Assembly: GCA_963806035.1 (NCBI GenBank)
Contig: CAWDWO010000011.1
Coordinates: forward strand, 52,899-116,898
Origin: Candidatus Krumholzibacteriota bacterium
Lineage (GTDB): Bacteria; Krumholzibacteriota; Krumholzibacteriia; JAJRXK01
Reading direction: 5' to 3'
DNA: 64,000 nt
Positions 9,515-19,479 of the stretch are shown piece by piece. The number at the start of each line of letters is the position of its first letter. Position 1 is the first letter of the stretch. A program made the position numbers and the translations under genes. The notes beneath the pieces were generated by a model, which worked only from the letters and a program-made list of their open reading frames with translations, did no database searches and had not been told where the DNA came from.

Positions 9515-10531
9515 TCAACCCTCGGAGCGAATCTGATAGCTCTCGCTCTCGTCGCGGGATGAAACCAAGAGTTCAGCCAAGAGACCCAGGCTGAAAAACT
9601 GCATTGAGACGAGAATGAAGGCGATCCCCAAGAGCATGAGGGGACGCAGATGAAGCCCCGCGCCCATGATCCAGCTGATCAGGAAATACCCGCAGATGAG
9701 GAACCCGCCCGCACCGAACAGCAGTCCAACCCTGCCGAAGAAGTGCAGAGGAGAGGTTCTCCTGCGGCTCAGAAAGAGCACCGTGAGCAGATCGAAGACT
9801 CCGTTGAGGAATCGCTCGCGGCCGAACTTGGTGACTCCGTGCTTGCGCGCGTGATGCCGGACCGGAATTTCCGCCACCAGAAAACCCTGGATGTGGGCCA
9901 TCACCGGCAGGTAGCGATGAAGTTCGCCGTAGACCCTGAGCGAACGAGTGACCTGGCAGCGGTAGGCCTTGAAGCCGCAGTTGAAGTCGTGGAGCTTGAG
10001 CCCACTCACCATCGAGGTCACGAAATTGAAGAGCTTCGAGGTCGAGGTCTTCACGAAGGGATCCTTGCGATCCTGCTTCCAACCGCTCACCAGATCGTAG
10101 CCCTCGGCCAATGCGGCCAAGAGGCGCGGAATCTCCTGCGGATCGTCCTGCAGGTCCGCATCCATGGTGATCACGATCGATCCTCGGGAACGCTTGAAAC
10201 CCACCGAGAGAGCGGCTGACTTTCCGTAGTTGCGCCGGAAGGACACGTGGTGCAGCTGGGGAACCTCACTGGCCATTCCGCTCAGAATCTGCAGCGTTTG
10301 GTCCACGCTTCCATCATCCATCACCAGGATTTCCCAGGAGGAAGTGATCGGGGCCACGATCGCCGCCACCTGCTCGATGAGCGTGGGCAGACTTTCCGCT
10401 TCGTCGTAGGCCGGGATGAGAATCGTCAGATCGAGTTCGCCCGATCCCGCCAGGGCTCGTCGAGCGGCCTCCAGGATGGCATCGTTGTCCTGAGTCTGGG
10501 TCACGCCTACTTCAACCCGGGGTTGGCTCAT
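9515..10531 (-). CDS. GT2 polyprenol-phosphate glycosyltransferase (ArnC/GtrB-like) with 2 C-terminal TM helices
   Basis: MDDGSVD, RRNYGKSAALSVG, TMDADLQDDPQEIP, DLVSGWK, HDFNCGFKAYR, YGELHRYLP. Confidence 0.9.
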   Translation of the reverse strand: MSQPRVEVGVTQTQDNDAILEAARRALAGSGELDLTILIPAYDEAESLPTLIEQVAAIVAPITSSWEILVMDDGSVDQTLQILSGMASEVPQLHHVSFRRNYGKSAALSVGFKRSRGSIVITMDADLQDDPQEIPRLLAALAEGYDLVSGWKQDRKDPFVKTSTSKLFNFVTSMVSGLKLHDFNCGFKAYRCQVTRSLRVYGELHRYLPVMAHIQGFLVAEIPVRHHARKHGVTKFGRERFLNGVFDLLTVLFLSRRRTSPLHFFGRVGLLFGAGGFLICGYFLISWIMGAGLHLRPLMLLGIAFILVSMQFFSLGLLAELLVSSRDESESYQIRSEG

Positions 10532-11538
10532 GACTTCACCCTCTGTGCGTACCAGCCCACCATCCGCTCGAGTCCCTCTTCCAACGGAATCCGGGCCGAG
10601 AACTTCAGTTGGTCCCGCGCTCTGACGCCATCCGCGCCGGTGTGGCGAACATCCCCCTTGACCGGCGCCGCGTGTTCGATCTTCACCCTATCCGATATGC
10701 CGTGTTCTTGCACCTTCTCCGCGAGGATCTCCAGGACGGACAGAAGGTCCTGACGGGTCCCTCCTCCGATGTTGTAGGCGGCATAAGGTCTCTCCTCCGC
10801 GCCCGCCAGCAGATTGGCTCGCACCACGTCCTCCACGTAGGTGAAATCCCGGCTCTGTTGCCCGTCTCCGTAGATCACCCATGGCTCGCCTCTCTCGCTG
10901 GCCTGCAAGAACTTACGGAAGGCCATGTCGGGACGTTGCCGCGGACCGTAGACCGTGAAATAACGCAGCGAGGAACAGGGCAGTCCGTAGTTCGTCGCGT
11001 AGAGTTCACAGAGGTTTTCGGCAGCCAGCTTCGTGACTCCATAGGGACTGAAGGGGTGCTTGTCCACGTTCTCCTTGACCGGGTAGTGCTCCTGATTTCC
11101 GTATACCGAAGAGGAGGACGAATACACCAGGCGCCGAGAGCTTCCTCCCTTCCGCATACTGGCGATCAGCGCTTCGAGCAGAAGCTGAGTGGCACGCACG
11201 TTGGCCCTCAGATAGAGATCAAACTCGCTGCCCCAGGAAGCCCGCACTCCGGCCTGCGCCGCCAGATGAAATACGACATCTTTTTCGCGTACGATTTCGG
11301 CCAGATCCAGCTCGTTGAGATCGCCTTCCATCAATTGAAAGTTGTTCGCCTGGAGTGCTGATCTCAGGTTCTCGCGTTTGAGCGCCGGATCGTAGTAGTC
11401 GCTGAAAGAGTCGATACCCAGCACCTGGTGACCCTGCTCCAGGAGGGTATCCACCAAACTACTGCCCAGAAACCCGGCGCAACCGGTGACCAGGACACGC
11501 CGCGGAGTGGCCCAGTAGGCGAGCGGATCGAAACTCAC
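10528..11538 (-). CDS. NAD-dependent nucleotide-sugar epimerase (UDP-glucuronate/UDP-glucose 4-epimerase-like)
   Basis: VTGCAGFLGS, FHLAAQAGVR, SSSSSVYG, YGVTK, RYFTVYGPRQRPDMAF. Confidence 0.92.
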   Translation of the reverse strand: MSFDPLAYWATPRRVLVTGCAGFLGSSLVDTLLEQGHQVLGIDSFSDYYDPALKRENLRSALQANNFQLMEGDLNELDLAEIVREKDVVFHLAAQAGVRASWGSEFDLYLRANVRATQLLLEALIASMRKGGSSRRLVYSSSSSVYGNQEHYPVKENVDKHPFSPYGVTKLAAENLCELYATNYGLPCSSLRYFTVYGPRQRPDMAFRKFLQASERGEPWVIYGDGQQSRDFTYVEDVVRANLLAGAEERPYAAYNIGGGTRQDLLSVLEILAEKVQEHGISDRVKIEHAAPVKGDVRHTGADGVRARDQLKFSARIPLEEGLERMVGWYAQRVKS

Positions 11539-14153
11539 TCCTTCTCCTTCGGAGCTTCCACTGCCGAGCTGTCACTTTCGACCGGAGGTGGATCGTTCAA
11601 GTGCTTGCGCATCGACTCCAGATCCACTCGAGACTCGGAATCCCCAGTGCGCTGGACGTAGGACTGGAGCACATCGATGGCCGCATCTCGATTCCCCGCA
11701 TCCCATAGCACCCGCACTTTCATGCGCACGTAGGCCCTCTCGTTGGGATCCCGCTCGAGCAGCGTATCGGTCCAGGCCGCCGCCCTTTCCCGGTAGCCGG
11801 CGGAGAGGAGATTGCGTCCCATGTCCACCGCCATGGAGCGAGGATCTGGCAAGTGGTCCAGATAGTATTGGGCGATCTTCAATGCATCGTCGGGATGGTG
11901 GGACTGGATGAATGCAGTCGGGATCAAATCGACGAGGAAGGGGAAAGTCGGATCCAGCTCGAAGGCCAGGCGGAGAGCCTCGATTCCCTTCTCCTCCTCC
12001 CCTCCGGTGATACGGGCGTAGGCCACCCGGCACAGAGCGGCCGGATAGTTCCTCGCGAGATGGGCTGTATTGAAGTCCTTGTAGAAAGAATCATCGCGCA
12101 CGAAGGGAAGCTTCTCGCCCAGCCTGGGCTGAACTTTGGAATCAGGAGTATAGGGTTTCCAGATTCCGGACATGTCGTAGTTCTTGGTGAAGTTCTCCAT
12201 GATCTTGTCTGCATCGATCTTCGAACGACCGTCCTCGGTCCTCTTCCGCGTCAGACGATAGACCAGGCCCTCCATACTGAAGTAGGGGTTGTAGTCGGAA
12301 ATGTACTCCGGCGGAATCGTCACCGCGAAGTAGATGGGACGTTGCCAGCGGTTTTGCTCGATGATGTGCCACACGACCATGTCGCGAATCCACAGCACGG
12401 TCTTGTCGGGAAGCATCTGAGCCTCGAGCTTGGTCCGCATGCCCTTGTGCTCGATCGGTTCCTTCCCTTCGATCTGGGCGTCGGTCCAGGATATGGGGCA
12501 CTTCGGGCTCACGTCCCTGAGCTGTTTGATGTACCACGGCACGTTGATGAGGCTCAGGTTCACCACCCGCACGTCGGTGCGGAACTTCTCAACCCCTTGT
12601 AGATACCACAGCGGGAAGGTGTCGTTGTCTCCATTGGTGAAAAGAATGCTGTTCTTGGGAAGACTCGTGAGCATGTTCCAGCCGTAGTCACGCGGGATGA
12701 AATCGTGACTCCGGTCGTGCTCGTAATACTTGGGATGGTGAGGCACCAAGACCGGCAAGAGAGCGATGGCGATCAACAGACCGCCTCCCGCGATCAGCAG
12801 GCGTGGTGAAGCGAATTTCTCGCGCATCCCCAGCCATATCGACCTCAAGAAACCCCCGGCTCCCAGGGCCATGAACAGGGCCCAGAACTGGAACGCGCCG
12901 AAGTAGAAGTAGTCGCGATCGCGCACTTCGTGGTCCGTGAAGTTCAATATGATGATCAGGCCCAGCGAGTTGATGAGGAACACGGTCAAGAAGCCCCAGG
13001 CCAATTTCCGGTTGCCCCGGAACTGATTGAGGATTCCGTAAAGACCGAGGGAGATGGGCACGAAGGTGTCGAGAAAGCCCGGGCGGGGCAGGAAGGTGAA
13101 TTGCTGCAAGAAGCCGATCACGCGGCGGCCGGCGAGAGCGGAATCGCCGTCCCATACACTCGTTCCCAGAAAATGACCGAGCTGCCACAAAATGGGTGCT
13201 TCACGGTGCCATGGTACCCGCGGAGGATATTGCTCGCGGCGAATCACCATCATCAAACGGCCGAAAGTGTCCGGCACGCTCTGGTTGATGAAGGGTGATT
13301 GCGTGGATCGGATGAGCATGAAGACGTGGACCGAGAGCCCCAGAAAAAAGAGGGCGATCCCGGCCAGGGCAAAGCCGGATCCATTGGGAACGAGAAGGCG
13401 CCACAGCGCGAGTCCGATCAAGATGAAGTAGAGCATACTGAAGAAGATGTTGCTCTTGATCATGGTCGAGAGAACGAAGACCCCCATCGTGAAGGAAACC
13501 AAGAGGAGATCCTTGTCATCGAGGGCCTTGTCCCTCGCGATGAGCGCGACGACGAAGAGACCGGGATAGACGAGCACCGAACCCAAATGGAACCCGACCG
13601 AGAGCCCCATCACGTAGACCACGAGCAGGAAGAAGGTCGATGAAGCCAGGACCTCCCTCTGTTCGTACCAGCGGACGATCATGTAACCGGTGAGCGCCAA
13701 CACGAACGCGGCGAGACTGTAGACCTCGGCCTCGATGGCGTTGTTCCAGAAGGTGGTGGAGAAAGCGAGGAAGATGGCGCCCATTGCCGCGCCCATCCGC
13801 ACCAGCCACTGCGGGCTGGGATCTTGGAGCTCCTCCTCCCAGCCTTCCTGGAGACGAACCGCGGTCAGGTAGGTGAACACCACCGCCAGCGCCGCGAAGA
13901 AGCCGCTCATCAGGTTCACTTTGAGCGCCACGGGCAGCCCCAGCGGCAAAATCGAGAAGATGTGCGCCACCAGCACGTAGAGCGGGGTTCCCGGTTGGTG
14001 GGGAATCCCCAGTCCGTAGGCGGTGGCGACGAACTCGCCGCAGTCCCAGAAAGAAATGCTCCTGGAAGTCGTGGCCGCGTAGACCCCGAAACTCAGGACG
14101 AAAAGGGCGAACGCCACGTAGGTATTGGGCCTCTTCAGCGCACGATTCAGCAA
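11535..14153 (-). CDS. DUF2723/TMEM260-like membrane glycosyltransferase (candidate protein O-mannosyltransferase) with C-terminal TPRs
   Basis: SFWDCGEFVATAYGLGIPHQPGTPLY, FWNNAIEAEVY, EVRDRDYF, ILFTNGDNDTFPLWYLQ.VE.FRTDV.VVNLSL, RPIYFAVT; TPR-like helices at the end. Confidence 0.9.
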   Translation of the reverse strand: MLNRALKRPNTYVAFALFVLSFGVYAATTSRSISFWDCGEFVATAYGLGIPHQPGTPLYVLVAHIFSILPLGLPVALKVNLMSGFFAALAVVFTYLTAVRLQEGWEEELQDPSPQWLVRMGAAMGAIFLAFSTTFWNNAIEAEVYSLAAFVLALTGYMIVRWYEQREVLASSTFFLLVVYVMGLSVGFHLGSVLVYPGLFVVALIARDKALDDKDLLLVSFTMGVFVLSTMIKSNIFFSMLYFILIGLALWRLLVPNGSGFALAGIALFFLGLSVHVFMLIRSTQSPFINQSVPDTFGRLMMVIRREQYPPRVPWHREAPILWQLGHFLGTSVWDGDSALAGRRVIGFLQQFTFLPRPGFLDTFVPISLGLYGILNQFRGNRKLAWGFLTVFLINSLGLIIILNFTDHEVRDRDYFYFGAFQFWALFMALGAGGFLRSIWLGMREKFASPRLLIAGGGLLIAIALLPVLVPHHPKYYEHDRSHDFIPRDYGWNMLTSLPKNSILFTNGDNDTFPLWYLQGVEKFRTDVRVVNLSLINVPWYIKQLRDVSPKCPISWTDAQIEGKEPIEHKGMRTKLEAQMLPDKTVLWIRDMVVWHIIEQNRWQRPIYFAVTIPPEYISDYNPYFSMEGLVYRLTRKRTEDGRSKIDADKIMENFTKNYDMSGIWKPYTPDSKVQPRLGEKLPFVRDDSFYKDFNTAHLARNYPAALCRVAYARITGGEEEKGIEALRLAFELDPTFPFLVDLIPTAFIQSHHPDDALKIAQYYLDHLPDPRSMAVDMGRNLLSAGYRERAAAWTDTLLERDPNERAYVRMKVRVLWDAGNRDAAIDVLQSYVQRTGDSESRVDLESMRKHLNDPPPVESDSSAVEAPKEKE

Positions 14154-14291
14154 AACTCACTTCCTCCGGAAAATGCTGCCTTCGGCCATCCGAGGCGAAA
14201 CTCTAGCACAGCTCGCCCCTTGGGCGTAGAGATCATGCGGCCCGTTGGTACGTCCCGGACGCGAGGGCGGTTCCCTGCGGCAAGTTCTCAT

Positions 14292-15338
14292 TCACTCTCT
14301 CCCGGGAACTTCAGGGGGGCCCTCCACCCTGCTCACCCCGCGCTTCTCATCCTGAGCTCGCCTGCGCTTTCCTCCACGCAAGAAGCGGAGGACGAAGAAA
14401 ACCCCACCTACGCCGCTCACCGCCACCTGCACCAGATAAGTCGTGATCTGCAGAGCGAAGGCCTCCGGCGCGGCGATCCCGATTCCCGGCAGAAGACGGG
14501 TTGCGATGAGTTCACGCAGCCCCAGGCCGTTGAAGGAAACGGGCAACACGATCGCGATTCCCAGGACGGGGATGAGCACGTAGAGACCCAGGACGAGAGG
14601 CCAACTCAAGGGAATGGCCAGGGCCTGGGCCACCAGGACGTGAGTGAGCACCCGAAAGAACTGCACGAGAAGCGAGAGAGAGAAGATCCCCAGCAGAAAG
14701 AGCGGCGAACGCCGGTAACGCGCGAACTCGCTCATGAGGTTCTGCATCCGCTCGTGGATTCGGGCAAAGCGGAGGCGCCCGACGAGCCGGGTGATTCTCT
14801 CTCCGAGTCGGTTCGAAAGCAACAGGCCCCCCGTGAGCAACAACAGAAGGCACACTCCGATCAAAACCACCGAGGGGAGATCCAGGTGGCCGAAACCGCG
14901 CGAGAGAAGGGCGGCGATCACCCCGAGCGCGGCCAGAGCGCTCAGACCCACCACGCGATCCAGGATGGTCCCGGCCACGGCCCGGCTCAACTCTCCCGTG
15001 CTGAGGGACACATCGGCCACCTTGACGAGGTCCCCCCCCACGTTGCTCGGCAAGAAGTTGTTGAAGAACAGACCGATCCAGTAGATGCGCGCCAGTCGGC
15101 CCAGCGAAAGATCCAGCCCGGCGTGCCGCAAAAGAAGGCCCCACTGCAGTGCGCCGAGAATGGTGGAAATCGTGAAGATGAGGGCGGCGGGAGCAAGGCT
15201 GAGTGGCTGGATGTCTCCCAGTTTGCGCCAGCCTCCCTGAAAATTGTGCACGAGCCACCACATGAGGGTCAGGCTGACCACGATCCGCAGGGCCAGACTC
15301 CACCATCTCGTGGGGCGCGGCGCTTCTGCTTCTGTCAT
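14292..15338 (-). CDS. Lysylphosphatidylglycerol-synthase TM / flippase-like domain protein (UPF0104)
   Basis: IGLFFNNFLPSNVGGDLVK, ILDRVVGL, LPVSFNGLGLRE. Start at ATG 15338. Confidence 0.9.
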   Translation of the reverse strand: MTEAEAPRPTRWWSLALRIVVSLTLMWWLVHNFQGGWRKLGDIQPLSLAPAALIFTISTILGALQWGLLLRHAGLDLSLGRLARIYWIGLFFNNFLPSNVGGDLVKVADVSLSTGELSRAVAGTILDRVVGLSALAALGVIAALLSRGFGHLDLPSVVLIGVCLLLLLTGGLLLSNRLGERITRLVGRLRFARIHERMQNLMSEFARYRRSPLFLLGIFSLSLLVQFFRVLTHVLVAQALAIPLSWPLVLGLYVLIPVLGIAIVLPVSFNGLGLRELIATRLLPGIGIAAPEAFALQITTYLVQVAVSGVGGVFFVLRFLRGGKRRRAQDEKRGVSRVEGPPEVPGRE

Positions 15339-16456
15339 CGAGTTTTCTCCCGTGCCGCCCGCTCCATCACGGCCAAGCTCCTCTCGGCGCAGTCCTCCCA
15401 GGTGAAACTCCGTGCCCAGCGTACGGCGTTCTCGCTGTAGCTGCGCCACAGGGGAGGATCGGTGAGCAGCTCGAGCGCCTTGGCGGCGAAGTCTTCCGCT
15501 TCACCATACTCGGCAAGGAGCCCCGTCTCGCCTTCTCGCACCGAATCCACCAGGCCAGGGCGCCGGCTCGCGACCACGGGAACCCCGCAGGCATTGGCCT
15601 CGATCACGGTCAGTCCCCAGCCCTCTTTGGGCGAGGGGTTCAAGAAGAGATGGCTTTGGTAGAGCACCTTCACGATTTCAGCACGGGGCAGGTAACCGCG
15701 AAAGTGTACGGCCTCTTTGAGGCCCAGTTCCTCGGCGAGTCCACGCAAGCGCTTCTCGTCCGGGCCATCGCCCACGATCTCCAGCTCGACCTCGGGCAGG
15801 GTGCGGCGAATCGCGGCCAGAGATCTCAAAACGACGTCCACGCTCTTGTAGCGTCTGAGCCGTCCCAAATGCACCAGCTTGGGCACTCGCGAACGCGCGG
15901 GAGGATCATCCAGCCGGTAGGGACGGTGGTCCATTCCGCACTCCACGATCTCGACTCTCTCGGCGTCGATCCCCCTGCGTACCAGATCGTCCGCGGTGCT
16001 CTTGCTGATGGCCAAAAAATGAGAGCGCCGATAGACACGTGGGATGGGGCGTTCGCTCAGGTAGACGTAGCTCGCGGTGAGAGGATTGGTCTCACGAAAA
16101 ACCGTGGCGCCGAAGAGATGGGGAACGATGACCAGAACGGGAAGACGCGTATGCCAGGGAGTGAAAAAAGGAATCTTGTTGATGTCCTCCACTACCAGAT
16201 CGTAAGAAGCTCGCCGCAGTTCGTCCTTCAGGAGGCCGGGCAAAGTGAAGTTTGCCAGCCGCCAACTGCCGCGACGCCGGTAGTGAATTCCATCCTCCCC
16301 CGTTTCCTCATCCGCTGCGCCCGGATAACTGCATGCAAGCCAGGTCACTTCGTGGCCCTGCTTTACCGCATGGCGCAAGATCTCGTGCAGGTGAACTTCG
16401 GCCCCACCGCCCATGGGATCGCCGCGATCTCGCCAATTGACTGCCAGAATCTTCAG
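15335..16456 (-). CDS. GT4 family glycosyltransferase (probable CTG start)
   Basis: (L)KILAVNWRD..DPMGGGAE N-terminus, GRLRRYKSVD, SPKEGWGLTVIEANACGVPVV. In-frame stop five codons upstream of the CTG at 16456. Confidence 0.9.
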   Translation of the reverse strand: MKILAVNWRDRGDPMGGGAEVHLHEILRHAVKQGHEVTWLACSYPGAADEETGEDGIHYRRRGSWRLANFTLPGLLKDELRRASYDLVVEDINKIPFFTPWHTRLPVLVIVPHLFGATVFRETNPLTASYVYLSERPIPRVYRRSHFLAISKSTADDLVRRGIDAERVEIVECGMDHRPYRLDDPPARSRVPKLVHLGRLRRYKSVDVVLRSLAAIRRTLPEVELEIVGDGPDEKRLRGLAEELGLKEAVHFRGYLPRAEIVKVLYQSHLFLNPSPKEGWGLTVIEANACGVPVVASRRPGLVDSVREGETGLLAEYGEAEDFAAKALELLTDPPLWRSYSENAVRWARSFTWEDCAERSLAVMERAAREKTR

Positions 16457-16528
16457 AGGCCAACCCCCGTCTTGGGCTGATCAGCCGCCGCCTCGTCGGA
16501 AAGAGGCGCCCGATCGGCCGTGGGACCA

Positions 16529-17308
16529 CTATGCGCGTTTTCGCGCCAGACAACCCACTACGATCGTGGTGTAGAGAGAGAGCCTTCTCTTCGCGAACCA
16601 GCCGCGGAAGCCGCGGGCCAAAGGGGCGAAGGGCCAGATGCCGCGCGGATACATGGGCAGGCGCAGGCCCACGGTCTTCAGCAGCACCTTCCGCAGAGCG
16701 CGATACCAGAGCGCAGGCACCATCCAGTCGCCGTAACTGCGCTCGACTCGGAGTTCGATGGAATGCAGGAGGGTCTCGAGTTCGGCGATGGTGAATTCCG
16801 TTTCCCAGCCCGCGAACCAGCGATCGAACAACATGAGCGCGTGCTTGCCCAGGGTGTAGTAGTGATAGCGCTGAGGCACGTCGACGAGCAAGATTCCCCC
16901 CGGCTTGAGAACGCGCACGTTCTCGCGCAGAAGGGGCAGAGGATCACGGAAGTGCTCGAGCAAGCCCTGGTGGAACACGAGGTCGAAAGTCCCGTCGGCG
17001 AAGGGCATGCTGAGTCCGTCTCCCCCCACCACCGACACCCTCGTGCCCGTCGCTTTGGCGGCCTCGTCGATCAGATGGAGACTCTCGGGGACATAGTCCA
17101 GAGTGACGACTTCGGCTCCGGCCTTTGCCAGGGCCAAGCTGTCGCGGCCGGTGCCCGCACCTACTTCGAGAACTCTCGCACCCCGGGGGTCCATGATGCC
17201 GAAGACTTCGCGGAGAATGCGTCCGTCGTTGCCGTAGACATCTTGCAGGCTGAGATTGCCTGCATCGACCCAGAAGTTCTGCCAGTGCTCTTTGCGGGAT
17301 TCACGCAT
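16529..17308 (-). CDS. Class I SAM-dependent methyltransferase
   Basis: VLEVGAGTG, MPFADGTFDLVFHQGLLEHF, RVLKPGG. Confidence 0.9.
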   Translation of the reverse strand: MRESRKEHWQNFWVDAGNLSLQDVYGNDGRILREVFGIMDPRGARVLEVGAGTGRDSLALAKAGAEVVTLDYVPESLHLIDEAAKATGTRVSVVGGDGLSMPFADGTFDLVFHQGLLEHFRDPLPLLRENVRVLKPGGILLVDVPQRYHYYTLGKHALMLFDRWFAGWETEFTIAELETLLHSIELRVERSYGDWMVPALWYRALRKVLLKTVGLRLPMYPRGIWPFAPLARGFRGWFAKRRLSLYTTIVVGCLARKRA

Positions 17309-17717
17309 GGTGCGATTCGTGCTCTCGCAAGATGTGGTCGAGTACCCCGTTCACGAAGCGTGCTGCATCGTCACTGCTGTAGGTCTTCGCGAGATCGACT
17401 GCTTCGGAGATCGCGACCTTGGCTGGGGTCTCGGAGATGTGGAGCATCTCGAGAAGCGCGAGGCGCAGGATGGCTCGTTCGACGACCCCTACTCGCTCGG
17501 GGCTCCAACCGGTGAGAGCCGCATCGATCTGTTTGTCGAGTTCCGCGCTCTCACGCTGCAATTCCTGGCTGACCTTCTCGACGTATTCCACGGTCGAACG
17601 GGTGGGACCGCGGCGCTCGATCTGCTCCGCGACCGCATCGGCCAGGTCCTTCCCGCCCACTACGCTGGCGTACAGGGCCTGCACCAGAAGTTCTCGAGCC
17701 TTGCGCTGACGACCCAT
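17301..17717 (-). CDS. nusB: Transcription antitermination factor NusB
   Basis: RKARELLVQALY, ERAILRLALLEM, VAISEAVDLAKTYS, RFVNGVLD; directly follows ribH. Confidence 0.95.
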   Translation of the reverse strand: MGRQRKARELLVQALYASVVGGKDLADAVAEQIERRGPTRSTVEYVEKVSQELQRESAELDKQIDAALTGWSPERVGVVERAILRLALLEMLHISETPAKVAISEAVDLAKTYSSDDAARFVNGVLDHILREHESHHA

Positions 17718-17718
17718 C

Positions 17719-18198
17719 TCAGGCATCGCCTTGTGGGAGTTGGCGCAGCAGATCGGCCATTTCCAGTGCGGCAAGGGCCGCGTCGAATCCCTTGTTGCCC
17801 GCCTTCGTTCCAGAGCGCTCCATGGCCTGTTCCAGGTTCTCGGTGGTGAGCACTCCATTGATCAGGGGTACCCTGGTCTGGAGCCGGACCTGGTCACAGC
17901 CGCGGCTCACGCTCTGAGCCACGTAGTCGAAGTGCGCGGTCGAGCCGCGGATGACCGCGCCCAGGGCAATGATCGCAGCGTACTCGCCGCTCTCCGCCAG
18001 ACGCAAGCACACCAGAGGAATCTCGGTAGCTCCGGGAACCCACGCGACATCGACCTCATCCTCGCCCACGCCGTGCCGATGCAGACCGTCCAGGGCTCCC
18101 TCGAGGAGCTGCTTGGAAAAGAGCGAATTGAAGCGGGAAACCACGATTGCCACTTTGCCCTTGGCCTTGGCATAGTGCCCTTCGAAAACGGTGGACAT
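17719..18198 (-). CDS. ribH: 6,7-dimethyl-8-ribityllumazine synthase
   Basis: [43 protein letters not shown]. Confidence 0.97.
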   Translation of the reverse strand: MSTVFEGHYAKAKGKVAIVVSRFNSLFSKQLLEGALDGLHRHGVGEDEVDVAWVPGATEIPLVCLRLAESGEYAAIIALGAVIRGSTAHFDYVAQSVSRGCDQVRLQTRVPLINGVLTTENLEQAMERSGTKAGNKGFDAALAALEMADLLRQLPQGDA

Positions 18199-19466
18199 CA
18201 GGATCCTTTCTCGTCGAGCCCGCCCAAAAGGTGGCCCATCTTGTCGCGTTTCGTCGTGAGGTAGCGGCGATTGGTTGCATTGGAGCCAACCTCGAGTGCC
18301 ACCCTCTCCACGACTTCCAAACCGTAGCCGGAAAGGCCCACGATCTTCTTCGGATTGTTGGTGAGCAAGCGCATCTTGGTAACGCCCAGATCACGGAGAA
18401 TTTGCGCGCCGACACCGTAATGCCGCAGATCCGGCTGGAATCCCAGCTTCAAATTGGCCTCCACCGTGTCGGCCCCTTCGTCCTGAAGGGCGTACGCGCG
18501 CAGCTTGTTCAGGAGCCCGATGCCGCGGCCCTCCTGACGCATGTAGAGCACCACTCCGGTGCCCTCTTGACCGACTTGTCGCATTGCCGCGTCGAGCTGC
18601 GCCCCGCAATCACACCGCATGCTGTGAAAGACGTCGCCCGTGAGACATTCACTGTGCACGCGGACCAGAACCGGTTCATCCTTGTCGACCTCACCCATGA
18701 CCAGAGCCAAATGGTGCTCGGTATCCACCTTGCTGCTGTAGGAAATCAGGCGAAATTCGCCGAAGGGGGTGGGCAGGACGACCTCGGTCTCGCGCCGAAT
18801 GAGCTTCTCGGTGTGCTGCCGGTATTCGATGAGATCCCGCACCGTGATCAGAGGCAGGGAATGCTGACGCGCGAACTCGATGAGAGCGGGCATGCGCATC
18901 ATGCTTCCGTCTTCATCCATGATCTCGCAGAGCACGCCGGCCGGGGGGAACCCCGCCAACCTCGCCAGATCCACCGAGGCTTCGGTATGACCGGCCCGAG
19001 TGAGAACTCCGCCTGCCTGCGCCTGCAGCGGAAATATGTGTCCGGGGCGAGCGAGATCGTGAGGCTTGGTCCTCGGATCGAGAAACTGGCGAATCGTCTC
19101 CGCGCGATCGGCCGCAGAGATCCCGGTGCTCGTGTTCTCGACCGCATCGATGGAAACCGTGAAGCGCGTACCGAGCCGGGATGTATTGCGGTTCACCATG
19201 GGATGAATCTCGAGTTCCTCCAGGCGCTCGGGCGTGGCAGCGAGACAGACCAGACCCCGTGCGTGGGTCACCATGAAATTGATGTCGGCCGCTGTGGCCA
19301 TTTTCGCGGCGAGAATGAGATCGCCCTCGTTCTCGCGATCCGCATCGTCCACCACGACCACCATGCCCCCACTCCGGATTTGCTCGACGGCTTTCTCGAT
19401 CGCGTCGATGCGAGAACGATCGGATCTCTCCCTGTCCTTGGCTCCCTGTCTCAGTGCGTCGTCCAT
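18198..19466 (-). CDS. ribBA: Bifunctional DHBP synthase / GTP cyclohydrolase II
   Basis: [60 protein letters not shown]. Confidence 0.97.
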   Translation of the reverse strand: MDDALRQGAKDRERSDRSRIDAIEKAVEQIRSGGMVVVVDDADRENEGDLILAAKMATAADINFMVTHARGLVCLAATPERLEELEIHPMVNRNTSRLGTRFTVSIDAVENTSTGISAADRAETIRQFLDPRTKPHDLARPGHIFPLQAQAGGVLTRAGHTEASVDLARLAGFPPAGVLCEIMDEDGSMMRMPALIEFARQHSLPLITVRDLIEYRQHTEKLIRRETEVVLPTPFGEFRLISYSSKVDTEHHLALVMGEVDKDEPVLVRVHSECLTGDVFHSMRCDCGAQLDAAMRQVGQEGTGVVLYMRQEGRGIGLLNKLRAYALQDEGADTVEANLKLGFQPDLRHYGVGAQILRDLGVTKMRLLTNNPKKIVGLSGYGLEVVERVALEVGSNATNRRYLTTKRDKMGHLLGGLDEKGS

Positions 19467-19479
19467 CGGCTCTTCTCTC

